NCBI RefSeq assembly: GCF_014762705.1
Contig: NZ_JABURL010000049.1
Coordinates: 621-64,620 of the forward strand
From: Cyclobacterium sp.
Lineage (GTDB): Bacteria; Bacteroidota; Bacteroidia; Cytophagales; Cyclobacteriaceae
Direction: 5' to 3'
DNA length: 64,000 nt
This document shows positions 28,624 to 38,512 of this stretch, piece by piece. The first letter of the stretch is position 1; each line of letters starts with the position of its first letter. The translations under genes were made by a program, and so were the position numbers. The notes under the pieces were generated by a model. The model had not been told where the DNA came from and did no database searches. It saw only the letters and a program-made list of their open reading frames with translations.

Positions 28624-30241
28624 AGTACTACTCCTCATATTTCTACTTTTTGGTGCTTGTTTTACCTTGTTTGCTCAGGACAGGTATGCGGTGCATTACA
28701 AGTATAAACCAACAAGGGATTACAGCCTGGACAGACCAGAAGAATTATTGACAGAGGCTGCCCTTCTTCGGAGAAACAGAGAAATGCTGGAAGCGGACAG
28801 TACGGATTTACCAGTTGCTAAGCAGTATACCCAAATAATTTCAAAGGAGGCTGAGGAGGTTTTGTACCACTCAAAATGGTTGAATGCCTCTGTGATTCGG
28901 GCCAATGAGAAGGCCATTGAAAGGATCATCGAACTTGCATTCGTGGATAAAGTGAGCTTGATAGGAAGGGGAGGATTTCCAAATGAAAATGAGGGGTCCA
29001 AAGCAATTCAGGCAAAACATTCCTCCAAAACCGAAATGCTAACCAATGAAAACAGTGCCTTTGAATTTCAAAACAATATTTTAGGTATTCCTGAGATGCA
29101 CCGGGCCGGCTTTAACGGTGAGGGAATAAAAGTGGCTGTTTTTGATGCCGGTTTTTTAAATGTGGATGAAATCAGTGGTTTGCAGCATTTGTTCAATGAA
29201 AACAGGATCCTCGCCACCAGGGATTTTGTTAATCCGGGGTCGACGGATGTTTTCCATACGGATACCCATGGTACAGGGTCACTTTCTTTGATGGCTTCTT
29301 ATGATCCCAGCCAACTTGTGGGAGGGGCTTATGCTGCAGATTATATCCTTTGCATCACAGAGGATGTTTATTCGGAATACAGGATAGAAGAGTACAATTG
29401 GGTCCGGGCAGCCGAATTTGCGGATAGCCTGGGAGTAGATGTGATCAACAGTTCTTTGGGCTACAACTTTTTCGATGATCCCAGCATGAATTATTCCAGG
29501 GATGATCTCGATGGTAGTACAGCAATTATTTCAATAGGGGCCAATATGGCTGCTCAAAAAGGAATTTTGGTGGTTTGTAGCTCTGGAAATGAAGGAAATG
29601 TCAGTTGGAAAACGATTACTGTTCCTGCGGATGCAAAAGATATTCTGGCCATAGGAGCGATCAACAATAGCCTAAACAAGGCTAGTTTCAGTTCCACAGG
29701 TCCCAGTAGTGATGGACGGATCAAACCGGAATTGGTGGCATTTGGGTCGGGAGTGACGCTTTGGCGGCGAATTGAAGGCACAAGTATTTCCAGTGGTACT
29801 TCATTTTCTTCACCACAGGTGGCTGCACTTGCCGCTGGCATTTGGCAGGCCAATCCGAAATGGTCCCGTTCCCTGCTTATGGATAAGTTATTGGAAAGCG
29901 GCTCCCAATCAGATCAACCCGATTTCGAGCTGGGCTATGGTGTACCGAATTATTTGAGAATCACCATGGACATGGATACAGGAACCCTTGTAGAAAAGGC
30001 CATAAAAATATATCCAAATCCCCTGGAGGAAAATGAATTAATGCTTGAGTTTGGGAGAGAGTTTAGCTGCCGCATGAAGCTGTATGATACGCAAGGCAAA
30101 ATGTTGAGTCTTTTATCTCTTCACAGGGTTGAAAACGAAGAACCTTATAAAATAGACATGGGAAACCTGCATCCCGGTATTTATTGGCTTGAACTAGAAG
30201 ATGATGCCGTAGCCGGTAGCATAAAGATGTGGAAGAAATAA
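28610..30241 (+). CDS. S8 family (subtilisin-like) serine peptidase with T9SS C-terminal sorting domain
   Basis: Asp/His/Ser triad blocks (VAVFDAGF, HGTG, GTSFSSP). The C-terminal IKIYPNPLEENEL... beta-sandwich tail is typical of Por/T9SS cargo. I prefer the ATG at 28610. Confidence 0.85.
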   Translation: MAKGKVLLLIFLLFGACFTLFAQDRYAVHYKYKPTRDYSLDRPEELLTEAALLRRNREMLEADSTDLPVAKQYTQIISKEAEEVLYHSKWLNASVIRANEKAIERIIELAFVDKVSLIGRGGFPNENEGSKAIQAKHSSKTEMLTNENSAFEFQNNILGIPEMHRAGFNGEGIKVAVFDAGFLNVDEISGLQHLFNENRILATRDFVNPGSTDVFHTDTHGTGSLSLMASYDPSQLVGGAYAADYILCITEDVYSEYRIEEYNWVRAAEFADSLGVDVINSSLGYNFFDDPSMNYSRDDLDGSTAIISIGANMAAQKGILVVCSSGNEGNVSWKTITVPADAKDILAIGAINNSLNKASFSSTGPSSDGRIKPELVAFGSGVTLWRRIEGTSISSGTSFSSPQVAALAAGIWQANPKWSRSLLMDKLLESGSQSDQPDFELGYGVPNYLRITMDMDTGTLVEKAIKIYPNPLEENELMLEFGREFSCRMKLYDTQGKMLSLLSLHRVENEEPYKIDMGNLHPGIYWLELEDDAVAGSIKMWKK

Positions 30242-30448
30242 GGAAATGCAGGTTTAATTTCTTTTTTTTGCATTATTCTCAAAATCCGCAACCTTTTTTG
30301 GTTTTGTTGATGAATAAACTGTTTGTTACAATCAAATGAGTGAAACCTGGAGGGTTTTTCCCTAAAATTATTAACTTACCATAAGAAATTCACTTCGGAT
30401 TTGAGGAAATGTCCTTTATTAATAATAACTGTTCCTAAACCATTTGTC

Positions 30449-31102
30449 ATGAATCCATTAATTGCCCCTTCCATATTGGCTGCTGATTTTGCCAACCTAC
30501 AGTCTGCCATAGAAATGATCAATAGTTCTGAAGCTGATTACATTCACGTGGATATAATGGACGGGGTTTTTGTTCCCAATATATCCCTGGGGATACCTGT
30601 GGTGGAAGCCATTCACCGTCATGCCAAAAAACCCCTTGATGTACATTTGATGATTGTGGAACCAGACAAATACCTGTCTACCTTCCAGAAAGCAGGGGCA
30701 TCACATTTAACTGTACATCTGGAAGCTTGCCCTCACCTGCACCGTACAGTGCAAGGCATAAAGGATTTGGGTTGCAAGGCAGGAGTGGCTTTGAATCCCC
30801 ATACCCCCGTAAGATTATTGGAAGATATTATCAGAGAGGTGGATTTGGTTTTGCTGATGTCTGTAAATCCAGGCTTTGGGGGACAAAAATTCATAGATAA
30901 TACCTATAAAAAGGTAAATGCCTTGTCTAAATTGATCGTTGAAACAGGATCACATGCAAGAATTGAGATAGATGGCGGAGTCAGTATGGATAATGCAGGC
31001 AAGTTATTTTCGGCTGGAGCAAATATCCTGGTAGCAGGTAATTTTGTGTTTTCTTCGAAAAGTCCAGCAGAAACCATTAAAAAGCTAAAAAACATCGTTT
31101 AA
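30449..31102 (+). CDS. rpe: ribulose-phosphate 3-epimerase
   Basis: IAPSILAADF...HVDIMDG.FVPN...MSVNPGFGGQ are canonical Rpe motifs. I prefer the ATG at 30449 over the TTG at 30401. Confidence 0.9.
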   Translation: MNPLIAPSILAADFANLQSAIEMINSSEADYIHVDIMDGVFVPNISLGIPVVEAIHRHAKKPLDVHLMIVEPDKYLSTFQKAGASHLTVHLEACPHLHRTVQGIKDLGCKAGVALNPHTPVRLLEDIIREVDLVLLMSVNPGFGGQKFIDNTYKKVNALSKLIVETGSHARIEIDGGVSMDNAGKLFSAGANILVAGNFVFSSKSPAETIKKLKNIV

Positions 31103-31213
31103 ATTCAAATTTTAGGGGTTTGGTATAATAAATGGCGTATTTTTTGCTTTTAAATTTGTGAAATAGATTGATTCTGATTTAATTCGTAGGTATAAAGCGT
31201 TTAATTAATAGAA

Positions 31214-31738
31214 ATGGAAATTATGAAAAAATTATTTGTATTGTCTTTCTTAATGTTGGGTTTAATTGGTTTTCAGGCACATGCCCAGGAAGAAGCTGTG
31301 GAAGAAATCACTGATGAAGAATTGGCAAAATTTGCGGCAGTAGAAGATTCTGTAATGGCATTTTACGAGCAAAAGAATGAAGAATTAATAGACATGATCA
31401 AAAATAATGAGGTGATTGAAGGAGCAGCTCGTTACAATGAAATCAAAGGCGCATGGGAGGATGAAGCGAAATTAACCGAAATCGAAATAACTGATGAGGA
31501 GAAGGCAGCATATGAAGAAATTCTTGAATTTATGGGCTCCCTCAGCAATGAAGTAAGGGATTTAAAAATCGGACTTATCAAAAATGATGATATTCTTGGT
31601 GTCGCCACTTATAACAAGGTAAACAAGGCCATGAAAGAAAATCCTGAAATCCAGGAAAAAGTCGATAGCATGATCGCCGAATTAAAAGAAAAAAGACAAG
31701 TTGAAACTGAGGACGAAGCAGGAACTGATGCAGGATGA
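31214..31738 (+). CDS. secreted acidic hypothetical protein
   Basis: Signal peptide (FLMLGLIGFQAHA), a Glu/Lys-rich helical body, and a strong terminator downstream. Confidence 0.55.
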   Translation: MEIMKKLFVLSFLMLGLIGFQAHAQEEAVEEITDEELAKFAAVEDSVMAFYEQKNEELIDMIKNNEVIEGAARYNEIKGAWEDEAKLTEIEITDEEKAAYEEILEFMGSLSNEVRDLKIGLIKNDDILGVATYNKVNKAMKENPEIQEKVDSMIAELKEKRQVETEDEAGTDAG

Positions 31739-31769
31739 CCAGTATTTTTTCAACAAATAATAAAAAAAA

Positions 31770-31793
31770 CCCTCTGGATAAGAGGGTTTTTTT
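31770..31793 (+). terminator. rho-independent terminator
   Basis: CCCTCT (31770-31775) pairs with AGAGGG (31781-31786) around a 5-nt loop, followed by T7. An A run upstream could allow bidirectional function. Confidence 0.8.
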
Positions 31794-31832
31794 GTTATAT
31801 ACGTTAAAGAAAAAGTATAAATGCTTTAAACC

Positions 31833-32822
31833 ATGAATTTATCAAAAGGAAAGGTATTCGTTATTGCCATTATTGGCCTTATTTTAGGCTTTATTACCCC
31901 AGCTGCCATGGCCCAGGAAGATATTTTTGGTATTGAGCGGAAAATAAAAGGTAGAAAAAGTGACAATGAGTTGGGTAACGTTTTCAGAAATATGGTCAGT
32001 AATTTTTCCTTTGAAATTTCTACCGGGGCTGCTTACCAGGACAATAGTTTGCTTTTTTTCAGTGATACGCCGGCGGATTATCCGATTCAAAGTATGGGAA
32101 TCGATGGTGCAGGGGAAATCCAGGCAGGCGATACATTGTCATTTGGAAATGGAAACATGGCTTATCCTTTGAACCTGGGTGTCAGGATCAATGTCTTTAA
32201 TTTCATCACATTAGGAGCGGGTTACGGTAGAGAATGGGGAAAATTACCTTCCTTGACTGGAGAAGGACGTGTTTTTGCATTTCAGGAAGAAAGTTTTGTT
32301 TATGATAAATTTTATGGCACCCTGGGAATTGTGCTTTGGGATGCAGGCAAAAGAAATTCATTTCTCAGATGGCGCTACAGAAAATTCTCCGGAAACAATA
32401 TTTATATGCAGTCTGAACTGAAGCAGCGGGCAAGACAGATTTACCCCTGGAGGTTGGTGGCAGAGGGAGAATTTGGATCAATGATGCTTCGAAAATCACC
32501 TGATCAAAATCTCACTGCTCCAGATCCTTACTATGGAATAGGATTAAGGTTGGAGTATGATTTTTCGGAATACAGCAGAGCATTTGTCAGACCCGCTGTT
32601 GAGTTACGTTCCTATGCCTATGGTTTGCCCGAAGTGCCGGAAATTCAAACCCTCAATCAGAATGTTTATTCCTTGCAGGTAGGGGTTTCCGTAAGTTTGC
32701 CGGGAACTAAAAAATGCAAGGTACCCGGATGCCGGGTAGTCATGAAACACCTGCACAATGGGGTGGAATACCGGGGAAGTTCCATCTGGCACAGACAAAA
32801 CAGGAAAGTCGGTCAATGGTAA
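31833..32822 (+). CDS. hypothetical secreted / outer-membrane protein
   Basis: Signal peptide (ITPAAMAQE) and a beta-rich 329-aa ORF. I recognised no motif. Confidence 0.5.
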   Translation: MNLSKGKVFVIAIIGLILGFITPAAMAQEDIFGIERKIKGRKSDNELGNVFRNMVSNFSFEISTGAAYQDNSLLFFSDTPADYPIQSMGIDGAGEIQAGDTLSFGNGNMAYPLNLGVRINVFNFITLGAGYGREWGKLPSLTGEGRVFAFQEESFVYDKFYGTLGIVLWDAGKRNSFLRWRYRKFSGNNIYMQSELKQRARQIYPWRLVAEGEFGSMMLRKSPDQNLTAPDPYYGIGLRLEYDFSEYSRAFVRPAVELRSYAYGLPEVPEIQTLNQNVYSLQVGVSVSLPGTKKCKVPGCRVVMKHLHNGVEYRGSSIWHRQNRKVGQW

Positions 32823-32996
32823 AATGCGAATAATTCCACTAATGCAAGCTGTTACATTCCAAATTTTTTTGAAAAACAATAAAATAACTCCATGAGAATA
32901 AATTGAATACCTTTAAATTAAAATATTAGAAAAATTATATTTTTCAAAACCTGTTCTTTTTGCTATCTTGCAGGTTATTAGCGAGAAATTTTAAAT

Positions 32997-35510
32997 ATGG
33001 CTCAAGGAGAGAACGAAAACATCATCCCAATCAATATTGAGGAAGAAATGCGTGGTGCCTACATCGATTATTCGATGTCGGTAATTGTTTCCAGGGCTTT
33101 ACCCGACGTAAGAGACGGTTTAAAGCCTGTTCACCGCAGAATTTTGTATGGCATGCAGGAGTTGGGTGTCACCCACAATAAACCTTATAAAAAATCTGCC
33201 AGAATAGTAGGAGAGGTTCTGGGTAAATACCATCCCCACGGGGATTCAGCCGTGTATGAAACCCTGGTCAGGATGGCACAGCATTGGTCATTGCGGTATC
33301 CGCTTGTGGATCCACAGGGAAATTTCGGCTCGGTGGACGGAGATAATCCGGCGGCCATGAGGTATACGGAAGCGAGGCTCAGGAGGATCGCAGAAGAACT
33401 ATTGATTGACATCAACAAAGAAACTGTTGATTTTCAATTAAATTTTGACGATACGCTTAAAGAACCTGTAGTTTTACCTGCAAAGATTCCTGCCTTGTTG
33501 TTAAACGGAGCTTCAGGAATTGCAGTGGGAATGGCTACAAACATGGCTCCTCATAATTTGGGAGAGGTCATCAATGGGATTATTGCCTATATTGATAACA
33601 ATGAGATCACTATTCCGGAGTTGATGGAGCACATCATAGCTCCTGATTTCCCTACAGGTGGGATCATATACGGTTACAATGGTGTCAAAGCAGCCTTTGA
33701 AACCGGTAGGGGAAGGGTGATCATGCGCGGAAAAGCGACCATTGAAACCAAATCCAACGGAAGGGAGATGATCATCATCAGCGAAATTCCCTATCAGGTC
33801 AACAAAGCATCCATGGTGGAGAAAACCGCTCAGTTGATCAATGAGAAGAAACTGGATGGAATTTCCGCTATCAGGGATGAATCCGACAGGCAAGGCATGC
33901 GGATCGTTTATGAATTGAAAAAAGATGCTGTTCCGAATGTTATCCTGAACAATCTTTACAAGCATACCCAGCTGCAGACCTCATTCAGTGTCAATAATGT
34001 GGCGCTGGTAAAGGGCAGACCATTTACCCTAAATTTAAAAGAGCTAATCGTCCATTATGTGAATCACCGGCATGAGGTGGTCATCAGAAGGACAGAGTAT
34101 GAACTTAGGGAGGCGGAAAAAAGAGCACATATATTGGAAGGCTACCTGGTAGCCCTGGATAACCTGGATGAAGTCATTCAGTTGATCAGAGATTCCAGAG
34201 ATCCCGAAACAGCAAGAAACGGACTGATGGAGAAGTTCGACCTTTCTGAAATCCAGGCCAGAGCCATTTTGGACATGAGGCTTCAGCGGCTTACCGGTAT
34301 GGAAAGGGAGAAAATCCAGCAGGAATACGATGAGCTGATGAAACTCATTGAGGAGCTGAAAGAAATTTTGGCGAATGAAGACAAACGCATGCAGATCATC
34401 AAAGATGAGCTCGTGGAAATGAAAACCCGTTATTCGGATGAAAGAAGAACGGAGATAGAACACAATGCCGAAGACTTCAATTATGAGGACATGATTCCCA
34501 ATGAGGAAGTGGTCATTACCGTTTCTCATCAGGGTTATATCAAAAGAACCGTCCTCACGGAGTACAAATCACAAAGCAGGGGTGGAGTAGGATCCAGAGG
34601 AGTAAGCACCAAGGAAGACGACTATACCGAATACTTGTTCACTGCCCTTACTCACAATTATCTTTTGATATTCACCGATCAAGGGAAGCTTTTTTGGTTG
34701 AAAACCTATGCCATACCAGAGGGCAGTAAAACGTCCAAGGGAAGACCCATCCAAAACCTGATCAATATTCAGAGTGGAGATAAAATCAGGTCCATCATTC
34801 AGGTCACTGATCTGACGGATGTGGATTATATCAATAACAATAATATCGTGATGGTAACCCGTAATGGAATCATCAAGAAAACCACCCTCGAACAATACTC
34901 CAGACCCAGGACAAATGGAATTATTGCCTTAAATATCAGAGAGGATGACCAGTTATTGAATGTGGAATTGACCAATGGAGATGCGCATGTTGTCATTGCC
35001 TCCAGCTCAGGAAGAGCGGTGCATTTTCATGAATCAGACGTTAGACCAATGGGCAGGACAGCCACAGGAGTCAAGGCCATCAATTTAGGGGAGGGAGATA
35101 ATCATGTAATTGGCATGGTTTGTGTTCAAAGAGAAGATGCAACCCTTCTGGTGGTGACAGAAAAAGGCTATGGAAAACGTTCCTATTTGTCTGAATACAG
35201 AATTACCAAAAGAGGTGGCAAAGGAGTTAAAGCCATGAATATCACCGAAAAAACAGGTGGATTGGTAGCCATCAAAGAGGTACTAGATACCGATGACCTC
35301 ATGATTATCAACAGGTCAGGGATCATTATCAGAACCCCGGCGGCTGGTGTCAGAGTAATGGGAAGAGCAACTCAGGGAGTCAGGCTAATCAGGCTAAACG
35401 ATACGGATAAAATCTCTTCAGTAGAAAAAATAGAGAATATCCTGGAAGAAGAACCCGAAAATAATGATTCCCAAGATCCGGAAAATGACATCAACCCAGA
35501 TTTAGAATAA
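32997..35510 (+). CDS. gyrA: DNA gyrase subunit A
   Basis: [33 protein letters not shown] (catalytic Tyr) and C-terminal beta-pinwheel repeats. Confidence 0.97.
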   Translation: MAQGENENIIPINIEEEMRGAYIDYSMSVIVSRALPDVRDGLKPVHRRILYGMQELGVTHNKPYKKSARIVGEVLGKYHPHGDSAVYETLVRMAQHWSLRYPLVDPQGNFGSVDGDNPAAMRYTEARLRRIAEELLIDINKETVDFQLNFDDTLKEPVVLPAKIPALLLNGASGIAVGMATNMAPHNLGEVINGIIAYIDNNEITIPELMEHIIAPDFPTGGIIYGYNGVKAAFETGRGRVIMRGKATIETKSNGREMIIISEIPYQVNKASMVEKTAQLINEKKLDGISAIRDESDRQGMRIVYELKKDAVPNVILNNLYKHTQLQTSFSVNNVALVKGRPFTLNLKELIVHYVNHRHEVVIRRTEYELREAEKRAHILEGYLVALDNLDEVIQLIRDSRDPETARNGLMEKFDLSEIQARAILDMRLQRLTGMEREKIQQEYDELMKLIEELKEILANEDKRMQIIKDELVEMKTRYSDERRTEIEHNAEDFNYEDMIPNEEVVITVSHQGYIKRTVLTEYKSQSRGGVGSRGVSTKEDDYTEYLFTALTHNYLLIFTDQGKLFWLKTYAIPEGSKTSKGRPIQNLINIQSGDKIRSIIQVTDLTDVDYINNNNIVMVTRNGIIKKTTLEQYSRPRTNGIIALNIREDDQLLNVELTNGDAHVVIASSSGRAVHFHESDVRPMGRTATGVKAINLGEGDNHVIGMVCVQREDATLLVVTEKGYGKRSYLSEYRITKRGGKGVKAMNITEKTGGLVAIKEVLDTDDLMIINRSGIIIRTPAAGVRVMGRATQGVRLIRLNDTDKISSVEKIENILEEEPENNDSQDPENDINPDLE

Positions 35511-35544
35511 TAGTTTATAACCAAATAAGAACCACACTCGAAAA

Positions 35545-36756
35545 ATGAAAAAGTTAATTTTATCGTTGGCTTTGGTGAGCATTGCTGCTACAATTGCCTT
35601 TGGCCAGAAAAAGGTCGTCCGCTCAGCGGAAAAGAACTTAAGAAGGGGCAATATTGAAGAGGCCTATTCTGATATTAAAGCTGCTGTGAATGATGAAGAA
35701 ACTGGTAGCCAATCAGAAACTTATTTTATCAAAGGTAAAATAGAAACACAAATGTTTGAAGCTGATTCTTCCAATAACGAAGAAACTGTTGCAATAGGCA
35801 GGGAAGCGGAGAGCAGTTTTATGACTACTTTTGAGATGGAGGACATGGACTCTACCAGTAAGGTCAGTGAAGATCTTTTTAAGGAGGTCGTTCCTGAATT
35901 GCCTGCAAGCATGCAAGGAGAAGGTGTTTACCGATTAAAGAATGCTGCATTAAATAAAGGAGCCGAAAGGTATGATGCGGATGATATGGAAAATGCCTTT
36001 GAATTTTTCTCCTTGGCAGCCGACCTGGATCCAAAAGATACTTCCATGGTATTCAATGCAGGTTATACTGCCAACTCTATTGGAAACACGGAAGCAGCAA
36101 AAAAGTATTTTACCCAACTGCTGGATATTGAAGAATACAACAAATTAAATGCGTATTATTTTCTTATTCAGATTGCCAGTGCAGAAGATAAAGATCCAGA
36201 AGAAGCCTATCGTTGGGCGAAAGAAGCCCGTGAGCTTTATCCTGAAGACAAAGGTTTGGCAGAATTCGAAATCCAATTGTTATTGCAATTGGATAAAATG
36301 GATGAAGCTATGACATCAATAGAGAAAGCGCTGGAAACGGATCCGGATAACCCCGCAATCCGATTGAGATATGGCTACCTGAAAGAAAAATCAGGTGATA
36401 TGGAAGGAGCACTAAAAGAATATAAAAGAACAGTGGAAGCTGATCCCGAATTCTTTGAGGGCAATTACTATGCGGGAGCCATCTATCTGGATAAGGCCAG
36501 AAATATCATCAACGAAGTAAATAACCTTTCTGATGAGGAATGGGAAGCAAAATCAGATAGCATGCTGGCCGAAGCAGACGGACTGTATGAAGAGGCGTTG
36601 CCTTACTTTACAAAAGCCTCTGAATTACAACCGGAGAATACAGACATAATGGAAATCCTTTTCCGAATTCATAGCCAGTTGAAAAACGAAGCCAAGGCGG
36701 AGAAATACAATCAAATGCTATCTGAAATACTAGGAGAAGATTGGTTGACCAGATAA
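35545..36756 (+). CDS. TPR repeat lipoprotein
   Basis: Signal peptide and TPR-like repeats (A..YF..A..LDP). It sits downstream of gyrA. Confidence 0.65.
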   Translation: MKKLILSLALVSIAATIAFGQKKVVRSAEKNLRRGNIEEAYSDIKAAVNDEETGSQSETYFIKGKIETQMFEADSSNNEETVAIGREAESSFMTTFEMEDMDSTSKVSEDLFKEVVPELPASMQGEGVYRLKNAALNKGAERYDADDMENAFEFFSLAADLDPKDTSMVFNAGYTANSIGNTEAAKKYFTQLLDIEEYNKLNAYYFLIQIASAEDKDPEEAYRWAKEARELYPEDKGLAEFEIQLLLQLDKMDEAMTSIEKALETDPDNPAIRLRYGYLKEKSGDMEGALKEYKRTVEADPEFFEGNYYAGAIYLDKARNIINEVNNLSDEEWEAKSDSMLAEADGLYEEALPYFTKASELQPENTDIMEILFRIHSQLKNEAKAEKYNQMLSEILGEDWLTR

Positions 36757-36782
36757 TAGTATAAAATTAATACTTTTATTAA

Positions 36783-36815
36783 GGGCTTTCCACTAATGCG
36801 GAAAGCCCTTTTTTT
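36783..36815 (+). terminator. rho-independent terminator
   Basis: GGGCTTTCC (36783-36791) pairs with GGAAAGCCC (36800-36808), followed by T7. Confidence 0.8.
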
Positions 36816-38274
36816 ATTTCCAGCCGTCAGGAAAAGAAAGCAGGTTAAAATCCCAGGCCCAGGGTATATAAAATAAAGTTAGAATCAATATAAAAAGGAT
36901 CGATAAGAGGTTGAGGGCAAAACCTGTTTTCATCATTACAGGGATGGTCAGGTACCCGGAACCAAATACCACCGCATTGGGAGGTGTGGCCACAGGTAAC
37001 ATAAAGGCGCAAGAGGCTGACATGGTGGCTGCCACCATCAATCCGTAAGGGTGAACTCCCATGGCCAATGCTACAGCTGACAATATGGGCAATAACATGG
37101 AGGCAGTTGCCACATTTGAAGTGATTTCTGTAAGAAAATTAACGGCGGCTATAATGAAAAACAAAAACAACCAAAAAGGTACATTTTGTAACAAAATGAA
37201 TTGTTCGCCAATCCAGTTGGCCAATCCTGTTTCCTGAAAACCTTTTGCCAGGGCCAATCCACCACCAAACAATATTAAAATACCCCAGGGTATCTTTTCT
37301 GCTACTTTCCAATCCAGTAGTTGCTCCTTATTTTCATTTCCAGCAGGAATTACAAATAACAGCAAAACACCGATCAGGGCAATAATGGTATCGTCAAGGG
37401 ATGGGATCAAATCCTGTAATATAAAGCTGCGGCTGATCCAGGAGAAACTGACAGCCAAAAACACCCACAAAACACGCTTTTCCTGCTTGCTTATTGGTCC
37501 AAGTAGCTCAAGTTGCCTGTTAATCTCCTCTTTTCCACCTGCTATCTTAAGGGTTTTTGGAAACACAAATGCCCAATTCACCAAATAATACCAGCAAATG
37601 AACAATAATCCCAGAGAAATTGGTAACCCTACAAGCATCCACTCACCAAAACTGATCTCTATCCCATAGGTATTCTTTAACACACCCACCAAAATGATAT
37701 TGGTAGGGGTTCCGATGATGGTAGACAAGCCACCGATGGAGGCACTATAGGCTATTCCCAACATCAGGGATTGACCCAACTTAGTTCTGATGGAATCATT
37801 GGATTGGCTGACCTGTACCACTACTGCAATGGCAATGGGTAACATCATGAGTGAGGTCGCTGTGTTGGATATCCACATAGACAAGAAGGCTGTGGCCACC
37901 ATAAAACCCAAAATTATCCTCTCCAGGTTTGTTCCCAGGTAGGAAATGATTTTCAGGGCAATCCTCTTGTGCAGGTTCCATTTTTCAATACACACGGCGA
38001 TCATAAACCCTCCCATATACAATAAAACCATAGGGTCTGAGTAGGGTATTGCTGTGGGTTTGATATCCATCACCCCGGTAAAGGGAAACATTACCAAAGG
38101 AAGTAATGCCGTGGCCGCAATGGGTATCGCCTCCGTAACCCACCATATCCCAATCCAAAAAGTGATGGCTAATAAAGCAACTCCGGAAGCAGATAAACCC
38201 TCGGGCGTTGCCGTCAAATAAATTCCAAAAAAAACCAAAGGGCCTAAGAATAAGCCGATTTTTTGTGTTTGCAT
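36814..38274 (-). CDS. SLC13/DASS family sodium-coupled anion (di/tricarboxylate or sulfate) symporter
   Basis: 486-aa polytopic protein with the duplicated SNTAT / SNVAT hairpin motifs typical of DASS carriers. Confidence 0.8.
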   Translation of the reverse strand: MQTQKIGLFLGPLVFFGIYLTATPEGLSASGVALLAITFWIGIWWVTEAIPIAATALLPLVMFPFTGVMDIKPTAIPYSDPMVLLYMGGFMIAVCIEKWNLHKRIALKIISYLGTNLERIILGFMVATAFLSMWISNTATSLMMLPIAIAVVVQVSQSNDSIRTKLGQSLMLGIAYSASIGGLSTIIGTPTNIILVGVLKNTYGIEISFGEWMLVGLPISLGLLFICWYYLVNWAFVFPKTLKIAGGKEEINRQLELLGPISKQEKRVLWVFLAVSFSWISRSFILQDLIPSLDDTIIALIGVLLLFVIPAGNENKEQLLDWKVAEKIPWGILILFGGGLALAKGFQETGLANWIGEQFILLQNVPFWLFLFFIIAAVNFLTEITSNVATASMLLPILSAVALAMGVHPYGLMVAATMSASCAFMLPVATPPNAVVFGSGYLTIPVMMKTGFALNLLSILFILILTLFYIPWAWDFNLLSFPDGWK

Positions 38275-38512
38275 AATATCTATTAATCCTTAAGAATAAC
38301 CATAAAACATGGAAATCAAAAATATTTTACCCATAATTGGGCGGAAACACATTAACAAAAATTTAGTTATTCTCTTTGGGTTTCCATTTATGGATGTTAC
38401 AGGACAGTGCAGGATAGAATAAACCATTTTATATACTTTATTTAAGATTAATTGGAAAATTATAGTAATATTGAGCATTAAGATACAGCACATCACACCT
38501 AATAAAACACAA